From Candidatus Amesbacteria bacterium GW2011_GWB1_47_19 (GTDB lineage Bacteria; Patescibacteriota; Microgenomatia; CAZETR01; Amesbacteraceae), in NCBI GenBank assembly GCA_001002325.1, contig LCNZ01000007.1, forward strand, positions 26,763 through 90,762: 64,000 nt of DNA, in the 5' to 3' direction. Position numbers and translations under genes: made by a program. Shown here piece by piece: positions 18,346-28,344 of this stretch. Below the pieces are notes generated by a model. That model had not been told where the DNA came from and searched no databases. It saw only the letters and a list, made by a program, of their open reading frames with translations. Each line of letters begins with the position of its first letter. Position 1 is the stretch's first letter.

Positions 18346-18597
18346 GTGGACACGATAAGGACGACGATCACCTTACCCGCGGATATCCATGCGGAATGGA
18401 GATGGGAAGCGTTAAAAAAAAGAATAAGCTTAGGGGAGGTGATTTTAGAAAAAACCGGGGTAAAGAGATCTAATAAGTTGCCTTTGGAAAAAAGATTAAA
18501 GAGGGATTATGCCATATTTGATAGAGTATCCAGGAGCGGGGTAAAATTGGATGCTGCAAGGGCAGTTAGAGAAGAAAGGGATAGAGATAATGCTTAA
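18346..18597 (+). CDS. Ribbon-helix-helix antitoxin (VapB-like)
   Basis: RTTITLP...SLGEVI and VREERD motifs. Confidence 0.8.
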   Translation: MDTIRTTITLPADIHAEWRWEALKKRISLGEVILEKTGVKRSNKLPLEKRLKRDYAIFDRVSRSGVKLDAARAVREERDRDNA

Positions 18598-19018
18598 GGT
18601 TGTAGTGGATACAAGTGTGGTGCTGAAATGGATTCCCGGGAAGGGTGAAGAACAAGTCGGGGAAGCACGCCAGTTGTACAAATGGATTGTGGACAGAAAG
18701 ATTGAGGCTTGGGCTCCTACTTTTATGTTGGTTGAAGCTTTAAATATCCTGATTAAGAAGAGAAAGGTGGAAAATAAAGATGCAATTGGGGGGATGAAAA
18801 TATTAATGAAGGCGGGAATACGGTTTGAAGATTTTAACACCACAACTATATCAGAAATTGGAAAATTGATGCGAGAGTGGGATGTTTCGGCGTATGATGC
18901 TCTCTTTTTGGAGCAGGCGGGAAGGTTGGGATGTAAGGTGATAACTTATGATGAGAAGTTACTGACGAATAAGAATATGGCAACAAGAATTAAGGATGTG
19001 TTGGTAATGGAGAATTGA
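18590..19018 (+). CDS. PIN-domain (VapC) toxin
   Basis: VVDTSVVLKW, E, SAYDALF and ITYD motifs. Confidence 0.88.
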   Translation: MLKVVVDTSVVLKWIPGKGEEQVGEARQLYKWIVDRKIEAWAPTFMLVEALNILIKKRKVENKDAIGGMKILMKAGIRFEDFNTTTISEIGKLMREWDVSAYDALFLEQAGRLGCKVITYDEKLLTNKNMATRIKDVLVMEN

Positions 19019-19072
19019 GAGAAGAGGGGTAAAAGGAACTGGTAATGAGAGAGCCAGGTCTGGTACACTGGG

Positions 19073-20047
19073 ATGGTGGCAAGGATTTTTGTGACCAGGA
19101 TGATTCCGTTTTGGGAAGAAGTGAGCAAACCGCTGGTTGATGCCGGACACGAGGTGGTGATGTATCCGAATCATAAACCGATTACCAGAGAAGAGATAGA
19201 GATAGAGATAGAGAAGGGATACGACGGATTATTAACACTGTTGACGGATAAAATTGATGAGGGGTTGCTGGTGCATGACAAGAGCGGGCAACTAAAGGTA
19301 ATTGCCAACTATGCGGTGGGCTATGACAATATAGACATAGAGGCGTGCAAAAAGCACAACATTAAAGTGGCCAATACCCCCTGTGACGAGGTAAATGAGA
19401 GCGTGGCGGAATTTACCTGGAGCCTGATGCTGGCGCTGACGCGGAGACTGCCCGAGGCGGGGGAGTTTATGCGAAATGCGGCCTACCGGGGGTGGGATCC
19501 GGATATATTTGTGGGGCGGGATATGATGGGAAAAACACTGGGAATCGCAGGCATGGGAAGAATCGGAGGGATGGTGGCCAGGAGAGCTGAAGGATTCGGG
19601 ATGAGGATTGAGTATTACAACAGAAAACCGGTAGAAGGGGTCAATTACGAATATAAAGCCAGACTGGAAGAGTTGCTGGCCCAGTCTGATTTTGTGAGCC
19701 TGCATGTACCATTGACAGCTGAAACCAGGCACTTAATTAATAAAACTAATCTGCATCTATTTAAAAAAACCGCGGTTTTGGTAAACACCGCCCGGGGACC
19801 GGTAGTGGATGAGGTGGAAGTGGGTGAAGCGCTGAGGGCGGGAATGATTGCCGGATACGGGGCGGATGTGTTTGAGAATGAGCCGGACCCGCATCCGGAA
19901 CTGCTGCTGATGGAGAATGTCCTGTTGACCCCTCATATTGCTTCGGCTACGGAGGGGGCAAGGAAAAAAATGGGGGAATTGGCAGTGTTGAACCTGACGG
20001 AGGGACTGGCAGGGAAAGAAATGCCGAATCTAGTAAGAGGATTATAA
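19073..20047 (+). CDS. D-isomer 2-hydroxyacid dehydrogenase (glyoxylate reductase-like)
   Basis: AVGYDNID, GMGRIG, NTARG, DVFENEP and TPHIAS motifs. Confidence 0.93.
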   Translation: MVARIFVTRMIPFWEEVSKPLVDAGHEVVMYPNHKPITREEIEIEIEKGYDGLLTLLTDKIDEGLLVHDKSGQLKVIANYAVGYDNIDIEACKKHNIKVANTPCDEVNESVAEFTWSLMLALTRRLPEAGEFMRNAAYRGWDPDIFVGRDMMGKTLGIAGMGRIGGMVARRAEGFGMRIEYYNRKPVEGVNYEYKARLEELLAQSDFVSLHVPLTAETRHLINKTNLHLFKKTAVLVNTARGPVVDEVEVGEALRAGMIAGYGADVFENEPDPHPELLLMENVLLTPHIASATEGARKKMGELAVLNLTEGLAGKEMPNLVRGL

Positions 20048-20051
20048 TTGG

Positions 20052-20981
20052 ATGGTGGAAAAGGTTAAGCCGGAGAAAAAGAGGGGGGCCAGGAGCCAGG
20101 AAAAGAAGAAACCGGATGTAAACCGGAAAATGATCGGTTGGGCATTTGCAATTACAGGTATTGTCAGCCTGGGAATGTGGATGGCGGGAGGAGGGGTCAG
20201 GAGAAGTAAAGTGGCCGGATGGGGAGAGGCACTCGAGACTAATGAAATACCGCAGGCCATAGTTACATTAGAGAGGGATTCAGATATCACCGCGAGCCTG
20301 CAAAGGACAGTGGGGGGACTGGCGGGGGAGTATGCCGTGTGGGTTTACCGGTTAAACAGCGGGGAAGTGTACGGAATAAACGAAGATACTCAGATGCCGG
20401 CGGCGTCGATTATGAAAGTTCCGATTATGGCGGCAGTGCTTAAGCAAGTTGAAAACGGAAATTTGGAATTGGAGGACGGATACGTGCGGATGCTGGAGGA
20501 TATGGGGAAGAATTCAGATAATACCGCGCCGGTAATACTGACGCAGGCTATAGGACAGGAAAAAGTAAAGGAATCGGTGCTGGATTTGGGCATGACTGCC
20601 AGCTCATTTGAGGAAAATACCACCACCGCAGCGGATGTGGGCAGGATGTGGGTCAAACTGTATAAGGGAGAGTATTTACGGGAGGAATACTGGCAGAAGA
20701 TGGAGAGTTGGCTGACAGACAGTATTTATGAAGACAGAATACCCGCCGGATTGCCGGTCCGGGACGGGGTGAAAGTAATTCACAAAGTGGGGACCGGTGC
20801 GGGAGTGTGGGCGGACGGGGGAGTGATAGAGTGTAAGAGTGTAAGAGTAGAAGAGTGCAAGTTTGACCCGTTTGTTTTGGTGGTATTGAATAAAGAAACA
20901 AAAAGAGATGAGGCGTTATCTGCCGTGCCGGAGTTGGTAAGAAAGATTTGGGCGTATGAGACAAATGCCCCTGAGGATTGA
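20052..20981 (+). CDS. Class A beta-lactamase-related serine hydrolase
   Basis: SIMK, SDN and HKVG motifs; N-terminal TM. Confidence 0.85.
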   Translation: MVEKVKPEKKRGARSQEKKKPDVNRKMIGWAFAITGIVSLGMWMAGGGVRRSKVAGWGEALETNEIPQAIVTLERDSDITASLQRTVGGLAGEYAVWVYRLNSGEVYGINEDTQMPAASIMKVPIMAAVLKQVENGNLELEDGYVRMLEDMGKNSDNTAPVILTQAIGQEKVKESVLDLGMTASSFEENTTTAADVGRMWVKLYKGEYLREEYWQKMESWLTDSIYEDRIPAGLPVRDGVKVIHKVGTGAGVWADGGVIECKSVRVEECKFDPFVLVVLNKETKRDEALSAVPELVRKIWAYETNAPED

Positions 20982-20993
20982 TATAATTCGGGA

Positions 20994-21818
20994 ATGAACG
21001 GACATACGCCGTTTTTTTCGGTGGTGATACCCACCCTTAACGAGGAGAAATATTTGCCGCGGCTCCTCCGGGATTTGGATAGGCAGATAGATAAGGATTT
21101 TGAAGCGTTTGTGGTCGACGGCAGGTCTGAGGACAAAACAGTAGAGAAAGCTAAAAAATATGAGGGGGTTTTGCCGTATCTGGAAATTATGATATCGGAC
21201 ATCAGGAATGTCGGAGCACAAAGAAACAAAGCAGCTAAAGCAGCCAGGGGGAAATTTCTGGTGTTTCTGGATGCGGATGCTCAGATACCGGCAAATTTTT
21301 TGAGCCAAATACATAATTATCTGATCGAAGAGGATCCGAAATGCCGGTTTTTGACGACCTGGGTAAAAGCGGATTCAGAGAGCAGTTCGGAAAAGACCGT
21401 GACGATGTTTATTAATATGCTTTTGGAAATGGCCAAATCCATGGAGAAACCTACGGTATTGGGTTTTAATATGGTGGTTTTGAGGAAAGATTTTGAAAAA
21501 GTAAAAGGATTTAATGAGAAGATTAAAATTGCCGAAGATTTTGACCTGACAAAAAGGCTAACGGATATAGGAGCATCATGGCACTTATTGAAATCTCCCA
21601 GACTGGTCATGTCTCTGAGACGGTTGAGAAGAGAGGGAACACTGGAAAGTGTCAGAAAACTGGTGGTGGGAGTATCCAAGTTTTTACTGGAAGGGCCGAT
21701 AACACAGGAGATATTTGATTATCCGATGGGGGGAAAGGTGGTTGATACGCGCAGCAAGCGAAGGCAGAAGCTGAAAAAAACATTTGAGAAGTATAAGAAA
21801 CTTCTGGACCAGTTTTGA
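20994..21818 (+). CDS. Glycosyltransferase family 2
   Basis: SVVIPTLNEE, DAD and ED motifs. Confidence 0.9.
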   Translation: MNGHTPFFSVVIPTLNEEKYLPRLLRDLDRQIDKDFEAFVVDGRSEDKTVEKAKKYEGVLPYLEIMISDIRNVGAQRNKAAKAARGKFLVFLDADAQIPANFLSQIHNYLIEEDPKCRFLTTWVKADSESSSEKTVTMFINMLLEMAKSMEKPTVLGFNMVVLRKDFEKVKGFNEKIKIAEDFDLTKRLTDIGASWHLLKSPRLVMSLRRLRREGTLESVRKLVVGVSKFLLEGPITQEIFDYPMGGKVVDTRSKRRQKLKKTFEKYKKLLDQF

Positions 21819-21824
21819 TACGCG

Positions 21825-22535
21825 TTACCGGACGTCGGGGAGAATGCTGTTTGGTTTTTTTCGGATATAAATGTCGATAAAACTGCGGACATAGGCGAAA
21901 AGGCCCACAGCCAGCCCCCGGCGGAAGCGGCGGCCGGAGAAAACGACCCGGATACGGGGAGTGAATTTGATTTTGGCGATACGGGAGACGCGAAGACTCA
22001 AGTCCACGTCTTCCAGGCTGTTGAGACGGGGATTGAAACCGCCGGATCGGAGATAAATATCCCGGCGAATGGCGAAGTTGAAACCGTTGAGCCAGTAATG
22101 GCCGGCAGCAAGACGCCAGCAGATCATCACAGTAGGCTGGAAGAGACTGAGAACGAGATTCTGACCCGGCCGGAGATCGGTCACCCGGCAAGGTCCGGTG
22201 GCGGCGGAAAAATGCCCGTTATCAAGAGTCCGAATCAGATTGTCGACCCAATCGGGGGGGACGACCGTATCGGCATCGGTCGAGAGGATGGTGTCGCCGG
22301 AAGCGGCGGCGAAACCCGTCCGCCTGGCCGGGCTGCGGCCTTTGGTGCTTTCCGGGATAATTCTCAGACGGAGTTTTTTGGCAAATTTTTTAGCCTGGCG
22401 GACAGTGCCGTCGGTGGAAGCGTTGTCGACAACAATAACCTCGAAGGGCAGGGAAGTGGCTTGCTCACATAGGGATTGCAGACACAAAGGCAAAGTGTGT
22501 TCTTCATTGTATGCCGGAATTACGACTGAAATCAT
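21825..22535 (-). CDS. Glycosyltransferase family 2
   Basis: MISVVIPAYNEE and DAD motifs; TATAAT 6 nt before the ATG. Confidence 0.9.
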   Translation of the reverse strand: MISVVIPAYNEEHTLPLCLQSLCEQATSLPFEVIVVDNASTDGTVRQAKKFAKKLRLRIIPESTKGRSPARRTGFAAASGDTILSTDADTVVPPDWVDNLIRTLDNGHFSAATGPCRVTDLRPGQNLVLSLFQPTVMICWRLAAGHYWLNGFNFAIRRDIYLRSGGFNPRLNSLEDVDLSLRVSRIAKIKFTPRIRVVFSGRRFRRGLAVGLFAYVRSFIDIYIRKKPNSILPDVR

Positions 22536-22563
22536 AATCTGATTATAATAAAATAAAGATGAT

Positions 22564-22830
22564 ATGACATTAAACAGACCGAAAGTGAGCGGAAACGACT
22601 GGCTGGACGCGGTGTTTGTAATGCTAGCGGTTCTGGCAATTTTGCACGCTCCGATGATACTTTTGGACACGCTGATGAAGAGGGATATCAGTCTGGTAAA
22701 TATGTTCGGGATCGTAGGCTGGCAAACGATATGGCCCGGGGTTAACAAGGGTGGGCTGTCTCTGGGGATATCATGGGCAGCTCTTTTGGGGCTGTACCTG
22801 GTAATTTATCGCTGGATGAAGCAGCGTTAG
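22564..22830 (+). CDS. Small membrane protein
   Basis: Two hydrophobic segments. Confidence 0.55.
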   Translation: MTLNRPKVSGNDWLDAVFVMLAVLAILHAPMILLDTLMKRDISLVNMFGIVGWQTIWPGVNKGGLSLGISWAALLGLYLVIYRWMKQR

Positions 22831-22928
22831 AAGAGAGGCCGGCTGAAGAATTTGACCAGAAGAAGGATAGTACCGACAGCGGAGAGGGCGGAAATGAGAA
22901 TGAGTGTATTTCTGAACGGGGATTTCAT
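22827..22928 (-). CDS. Putative 33-aa single-TM peptide
   Basis: MKSPFRNTLILISALSAVGTILLLVKFFSRPLF, read by hand (below the ORF-track cutoff). Confidence 0.45.
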   Translation of the reverse strand: MKSPFRNTLILISALSAVGTILLLVKFFSRPLF

Positions 22929-22940
22929 GGTGTATTTATT

Positions 22941-25148
22941 TTACCTTTTCCTGGGTTTTTTTCGAGCGGGCGGCTCTTTGGGGGTCTGCGGGGGAGGTGA
23001 CGGGGGGGCGGGGGTGCTGATTTGAACAGAGACGCCGGTGAGAATCCGGTGATCGGGGGGAACGGGGGTGGGTGTTTTGATACCGGAAATGGAGATGTCG
23101 GTGCAGGTTTGTTTGGGTTCGGTCCCCGAGAGGAAATATTCCCATCTGCCGCCGCAGGCTGAGCAAGCCCGCTGGCCGGTAACGGGACAAATCTGAAGCT
23201 TTACCAGATTATCCGGGGGAGAGAAACCGGCAGAAGGGTGATCGGCCAGAATCAGGTCCATTATGCTGCGCCAGATGGGTGAGGCTCCGGTGACTCCAGA
23301 AGCGACATAGCTCATGGGAGTGTTGTCGTTGTTGCCGACCCAGACTGCAACCAGGCGATCGGGAGAAAAACCTATGGTCCAGTTGTCGCGAAGATTGTTG
23401 GTAGTGCCGGTTTTGACTGCAACCTGCTGGCCGGGAATATTCAGTTGGGACCGGGAGCCGAAAGTGGGGGTCCGGGCGGCGTTGTCTGAAAGAATGTCGG
23501 AAATAAGAAAGGCAATGCGGGGATCGAGAACGGGTTCGGGCTCGTAGTCGAATTTTTCCAGCAGACGGCCGCGGGAATCACGGACGGAAAGGATGGGATG
23601 AAGGCTGACTTTCCGGCCGTTATTGGCCAAAACTCCGTAAACAACAGCGAGATCCTGCATGGTAACGTCACCACCTCCCAGCGTCAGCGACAGCCCGTAA
23701 CGGGAAGGGTCGTTCCAGGTGGTAATACCCATTTTTTGGCCCAGGCTGACCATCTCGCTAACCCCGTTGGCGGCCAGAAGTTTAACGGCCGGAACATTGT
23801 ACGAGGAAGCCAGAGCAGTGCGCAGGGAAATCCGGCCATGGAAGCGGCGGTCGTAATTGACGGGTGAATAGGGCTCCTGACCCGGAATCCGGTAAGTTAT
23901 GGGAGAATCGTCAATAGGGCTGGCAGGAGTGAAATTCCGGGAAAAAGCGAGAGCATAATTGACTGGTTTGATAGCCGATCCGGGCTGGCGGACGGATTTG
24001 GTGACGTTTACCTGGCCGTCCCGGGCGAAATCGAAATAATCGTGCGAGCCTACCATGGCCAGAATCTCTCCGGTGTTGGGATTGGTGACCAGGGCGGCCC
24101 CGTTTTCGATATGCAGATAAGTGATTCTGGCTACCTCCTGTGCGACGATATTTTGAGCCTGTTCCTGAAGAGATAAATCCAATGAGGTGATGACGTCTAA
24201 TCCACCCTGTTCCACAAGGGCAGAACCGTATTTTTGGGCTAAGAGGTCTTTGATGTACATGACAAAATGGGGGGCTTTTATGTCCGAGCGGGGGGGCATT
24301 AGGGTGAGCTGAGCTGAAGCCGAAGCCTCGGCCTGTTCCCAGGAGATGAAACCGGCGGAAACCATGTGCCGGAGGACTTCCTGCTGGCGGGTCAGAGCCA
24401 GCTCGGGGTGGGCGCCGAACGGAGAATAAGAGGTGGGGGATGCCGGCAGCCCGGCTAAAAACGCCGCTTCGGGGAGCCCGAGTGCGGAAGAAGGCTTACC
24501 GAAATATGTTTGGGCGGCCTCTTCGATGCCGTAAGTGGCACCGCCGAAACCGACCCGGTTCAGATACATTTCCAATATCTGATCCTTGGAGTAAAGATGC
24601 TCGACGGCGATTGACAGAGTCAGCTCGCGAAGTTTGCGGCGGAGAGTGCGTTCCGGAGAGAGCAGGGCGGTTTTGACAAGCTGCTGGGTGATGGTGGAAC
24701 CACCCTGGATGGACAGAGAACAAGACAAGCGGCTAAGAGCACATTTCAGGTTGTTTAAAGTGAGATTTTTTACCACGGAGCGGAAAATAGCCTGGAGTGA
24801 GAAGCCGGAATGATAATAAAAATCCTTGTCTTCGATGGCTAGTATGGCTTGTTTGATATGTGGTGACAGATCGTCTAATTTAACCAGGGTCCGGTTCTGA
24901 CCGGAATAGATTTTGTATAATTCCACGCCGTTTCTGTCCCGGATGTGGGTGGTCAGGGGTAGGGGGGCCCGGGAGAGGGATGAGGGGGAAGGCAGACCGC
25001 GAAGAATAAAAATGTAAAAAAGTGAAAAAAGACCGGCGGAAAAGAGTATAAGGAGGATGAGGAAGAGACGGAGGCGCCTGAAAGAAAGAAGTGAGAGCAG
25101 ACGAACGTAAGGGAAAAGAAACTTGAGAAATGATTTGAGAGATAACAT
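22941..25148 (-). CDS. Class A penicillin-binding protein (PBP1A family)
   Basis: EDKDFY, GGSTITQQ, SAIK, SYN and KTG motifs. Confidence 0.95.
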   Translation of the reverse strand: MLSLKSFLKFLFPYVRLLSLLSFRRLRLFLILLILFSAGLFSLFYIFILRGLPSPSSLSRAPLPLTTHIRDRNGVELYKIYSGQNRTLVKLDDLSPHIKQAILAIEDKDFYYHSGFSLQAIFRSVVKNLTLNNLKCALSRLSCSLSIQGGSTITQQLVKTALLSPERTLRRKLRELTLSIAVEHLYSKDQILEMYLNRVGFGGATYGIEEAAQTYFGKPSSALGLPEAAFLAGLPASPTSYSPFGAHPELALTRQQEVLRHMVSAGFISWEQAEASASAQLTLMPPRSDIKAPHFVMYIKDLLAQKYGSALVEQGGLDVITSLDLSLQEQAQNIVAQEVARITYLHIENGAALVTNPNTGEILAMVGSHDYFDFARDGQVNVTKSVRQPGSAIKPVNYALAFSRNFTPASPIDDSPITYRIPGQEPYSPVNYDRRFHGRISLRTALASSYNVPAVKLLAANGVSEMVSLGQKMGITTWNDPSRYGLSLTLGGGDVTMQDLAVVYGVLANNGRKVSLHPILSVRDSRGRLLEKFDYEPEPVLDPRIAFLISDILSDNAARTPTFGSRSQLNIPGQQVAVKTGTTNNLRDNWTIGFSPDRLVAVWVGNNDNTPMSYVASGVTGASPIWRSIMDLILADHPSAGFSPPDNLVKLQICPVTGQRACSACGGRWEYFLSGTEPKQTCTDISISGIKTPTPVPPDHRILTGVSVQISTPAPPSPPPQTPKEPPARKKPRKR

Positions 25149-25247
25149 TTACATCATAGGCAGGGTAGGTTAATTTTAAAGGGCAGGGAAACCGGTTTGA
25201 TTATATGAAGTATTACCAATTGGGGGCAATACCAAAAATCCTGAGTT

Positions 25248-27557
25248 TTATTGTTTAATAGCTTTTCCGGAAGAGTCGAGGCGGATGACGTCCGGGCCGC
25301 CATAACCACCGGAGCAGTCCAGACAAAGGGCGGTACCCAGGGCGTCAAACAGGACGGCATGATTTTGGGGTTCAATGTTTTGGGGTTCTTCGGCGATCTG
25401 TCTGGCGGTAGCCGGGGCCTGGGTGGATTTATAAATTGAGATGTCCCGGCGGTTTTGGCCGGGGTCCGGAGGAGGGAAGGTACCTTTGAGGAAATACTCA
25501 TAGCGGGGAGAACAGTCAGCCGGTGGCGACTCGGGAGTCCGGTAACCGGAGAGACTGCAGACGGTGGTGCCGGTTACGTCTGCCGGCTGGGGGGGCCAGT
25601 GCTGGGAGTAGTCGGTTAAAGCCCGGGACATGATTTTGTTCCAGATGGGTGAGGCGCCGGTAACCCCAGAAGCGATGTAACTCATGGCGGTATTGTCGTT
25701 GTTACCGACCCAGACGGCAACTTCGATGTCAGGGGTGAAACCGACTGTCCAGTTGTCGCGTTTTTCGTTGGTAGTACCGGTTTTGACCGAAACTTCGGGA
25801 TGGTTTTTTATATTGAGGTATGAGGAAGAGCCGAAGGTAGCCGAACGGGCGCCGTTGTCGTAGAGAATGTGAGAAATGATGAAAGCGGCACCGGAGGAAA
25901 TTACCCGGGTGTTGGGGGGTGATATCTTGACATACGATTTGTGATTGTAGCGAAATGAATTCAAGAGGTTGGTTTTTACTGAGTCTTCGTCTGATAGTTC
26001 GGTTGACGGAACCTGCTCCAGAACCGTGCCGGCCCGGTCCATGACCTTCAGGATGGGGTTTAGGTCTACCCGGGTGCCGGCATTGGCCAGCACACCGTAG
26101 GCGACAGCCAGATCGAGCATGGTGACCTCTCCACCTCCCAGAGCCAGTGAAGGACCAAAAGCCTGGGGGTCTTTGTAGGAAGTAATGCCAAAGGCGGATG
26201 AAGTGGCGACAAAATCCGTGAGACCGGTTAATGTAAGGGCTTTGACGGCGGGAATATTGAAAGAGTTGGCCAGAGCAAAACGAACCTGGGTGGGACCATG
26301 GAATTGGCCGTCGTAGTTGTCGGGACAATAGGGCTTTTGGTTGGCCTGGGAGAAACAAGTGGGCTTGTCGGCCAAAAGTGATGCGGCGGTAAATATTTTG
26401 TGGTCCAATCCCAGGGCATAATGGATGGGTTTGATAGAGGAACCCGGCTGACGGCTGGCAAGAACGACGTTAACATTGCCGTCGATTTGGGTGTCAAAAT
26501 AATCTTTGGAGCCGACCATAGCCAGGATTTCGCCGGTCTTGGGGTGGGTAACCAGAGCCGCACCGTTTGAAACCTTTTCTTTTTTGAGTTTGGCGACTTC
26601 GGAGGCGACTGCGGATTGGGCGAAATCCTGAAGTTCCAGATCCAGGGTGGTGATAACCGTCAAACCATCCTGTTCCACCCGGTCCAGGCCGTATTTTTGA
26701 ATCAGCATATCTTTGACCCAGAGAGAAAAATGGGGGGCATTGAGTGATTCCTGGCGGGAGTAGAGGAGTTCCTGACCTAAGGCCCCGTCATATTCTTGCT
26801 GACTGATGAATTTGTTGTCCAGCATCTGTGACAACACGTGACGCTGGCGGTCTTTGGCACGTTGGGGGGCGGAACCGAAAGGGGAATAATATGAGGGAGC
26901 CTGAGGCAGGCCGGCCAACAGGGCAGATTCGGCCAGAGTCAGTTCGGAAGCGGATTTACCGAAATAAGTCCGGGCGGCACTTTCCAGGCCGTAGGCCGTG
27001 CCACCGTATGGTACCTGGTTGAGATAAAATTCCAGAATCTCATTTTTTGAATAGATAATTTCCACGGCTAAACTGAGCACAAATTCCCGGGCCTTGCGAC
27101 GCAAAGTCCGGTCATCCGAGAGAAGAGCTTTTTTGACCAATTGTTGGGTGATGGTGGAGCCGCCCTGGAGTTTTTGACGGAAGAAAGTGTTTTTTACTGC
27201 CCGTAAAATCCCGCGCAGGGAAAAACCGGAGTGTTTGTAAAAATCCTTGTCTTCAGCGGATAAATGGGCAGCGATGACATATTTGGGCAGAGAGTCCAGT
27301 TTGATGGGCGTGCGGCGCTGGTCTGCAAAAATTTCGTAGATAAGCTGTCCATGACGGTCCAGAAGTTTGGTGGAAGCAGGCGACGGGTGGGAGGATAGGC
27401 GGGTGGGGTTGGGTAACCCCCAGAAAATGTAGAGTGTAAGAGCAAAAAAGCTGGTGAGAAGGAATAAAACCGGAAGTTTCCAATTCCTGAGACGGGGGTG
27501 ATGGATGACTTTTTTTGATCGTGACGGGGACCGCCGGTGTTTACCCTTTTTCTTCAT
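25248..27557 (-). CDS. Class A penicillin-binding protein (PBP1A family), second paralog
   Basis: EDKDFY, GGSTITQQ, SSIK, SFN and KTG motifs. Confidence 0.95.
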   Translation of the reverse strand: MKKKGKHRRSPSRSKKVIHHPRLRNWKLPVLFLLTSFFALTLYIFWGLPNPTRLSSHPSPASTKLLDRHGQLIYEIFADQRRTPIKLDSLPKYVIAAHLSAEDKDFYKHSGFSLRGILRAVKNTFFRQKLQGGSTITQQLVKKALLSDDRTLRRKAREFVLSLAVEIIYSKNEILEFYLNQVPYGGTAYGLESAARTYFGKSASELTLAESALLAGLPQAPSYYSPFGSAPQRAKDRQRHVLSQMLDNKFISQQEYDGALGQELLYSRQESLNAPHFSLWVKDMLIQKYGLDRVEQDGLTVITTLDLELQDFAQSAVASEVAKLKKEKVSNGAALVTHPKTGEILAMVGSKDYFDTQIDGNVNVVLASRQPGSSIKPIHYALGLDHKIFTAASLLADKPTCFSQANQKPYCPDNYDGQFHGPTQVRFALANSFNIPAVKALTLTGLTDFVATSSAFGITSYKDPQAFGPSLALGGGEVTMLDLAVAYGVLANAGTRVDLNPILKVMDRAGTVLEQVPSTELSDEDSVKTNLLNSFRYNHKSYVKISPPNTRVISSGAAFIISHILYDNGARSATFGSSSYLNIKNHPEVSVKTGTTNEKRDNWTVGFTPDIEVAVWVGNNDNTAMSYIASGVTGASPIWNKIMSRALTDYSQHWPPQPADVTGTTVCSLSGYRTPESPPADCSPRYEYFLKGTFPPPDPGQNRRDISIYKSTQAPATARQIAEEPQNIEPQNHAVLFDALGTALCLDCSGGYGGPDVIRLDSSGKAIKQ

Positions 27558-27599
27558 GGGTTGAATTATAACCGGAGTGGAGTTATATTAATAATTGTC

Positions 27600-27830
27600 A
27601 TGGCAGTGAAAAAGAGCAAAAAAGTAAGTTTTCCTCAGGCAGAAGTGAAACAGGACACCAAAGTACCGAAGTGGCATATGGAGGAAATGGGGGAGGGCGG
27701 AGAACCATTGGATCCGCAGGAAGAAAAACTGCTGGACTGGATTCTCAAGGCGGTGGTATTTTTTGTGCTGGGCTGGCTGGGCCTGTCGGTACTTCTGGTA
27801 ATCGGGGGCTATTTCCATTTGTGGGGTTGA
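27600..27830 (+). CDS. Small membrane protein
   Basis: MAVKKSKK start; C-terminal TM. Confidence 0.6.
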   Translation: MAVKKSKKVSFPQAEVKQDTKVPKWHMEEMGEGGEPLDPQEEKLLDWILKAVVFFVLGWLGLSVLLVIGGYFHLWG

Positions 27831-27854
27831 CAACATACGACATACAATTGAAAG

Positions 27855-28103
27855 ATGATCAGGACTCAAGTGTATTTACCAGAAGATGTGCACCGGGACT
27901 TGAAGTTGTTGGCCAAGACTGAAGGGGTGAATTTTTCCACTTTGGTACGGCAAGGAGCAGAAGAAATTATAAAAAAGAAAAAGATCAGGAAGAAGGACTG
28001 GAGGAAATTAGTCGGGGTAATAAAAGGCGGCTCCAGAGATGTATCTTCCAAGATCGACTATTATTTGTACGGAGAAGGCAATCCCAAATGGGCAGGGCGG
28101 TAA
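27855..28103 (+). CDS. CopG/RHH antitoxin
   Basis: MIRTQVYL...STLVR and SSKIDYYLYG motifs. Confidence 0.85.
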   Translation: MIRTQVYLPEDVHRDLKLLAKTEGVNFSTLVRQGAEEIIKKKKIRKKDWRKLVGVIKGGSRDVSSKIDYYLYGEGNPKWAGR

Positions 28104-28336
28104 TAGACGCAAATGTCCTGGTAGGGTTGGTGAGAGATAAAGACGCATTGGCGGTGGCTAAAGTGTTTTATGACGGATACCAGGATCTGATAGATATAGA
28201 GATAAAGCTGGAGGAGAAACTGGAGAGACTGGCCTGGAAAATTTTTTTGAAACAGACGAAAAAAGGGACATCATTTGTGGATTGTGCCAACCTGGCGATG
28301 ATGGAAATGTATAAGTTGGATGGGGTAGTGACATAA
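28088..28336 (+). pseudogene. Truncated PIN-domain toxin
   Basis: IDANVLV and SFVDC are present, but it is only 82 aa; the central Glu helix and final Asp are missing. Confidence 0.65.
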
Positions 28337-28344
28337 TGTAGAAT

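Noticed and set aside
20052-20981. Bona fide resistance beta-lactamase
   Set aside because: Membrane-anchored and divergent, with no clear omega-loop Glu; more likely a cell-wall serine hydrolase.
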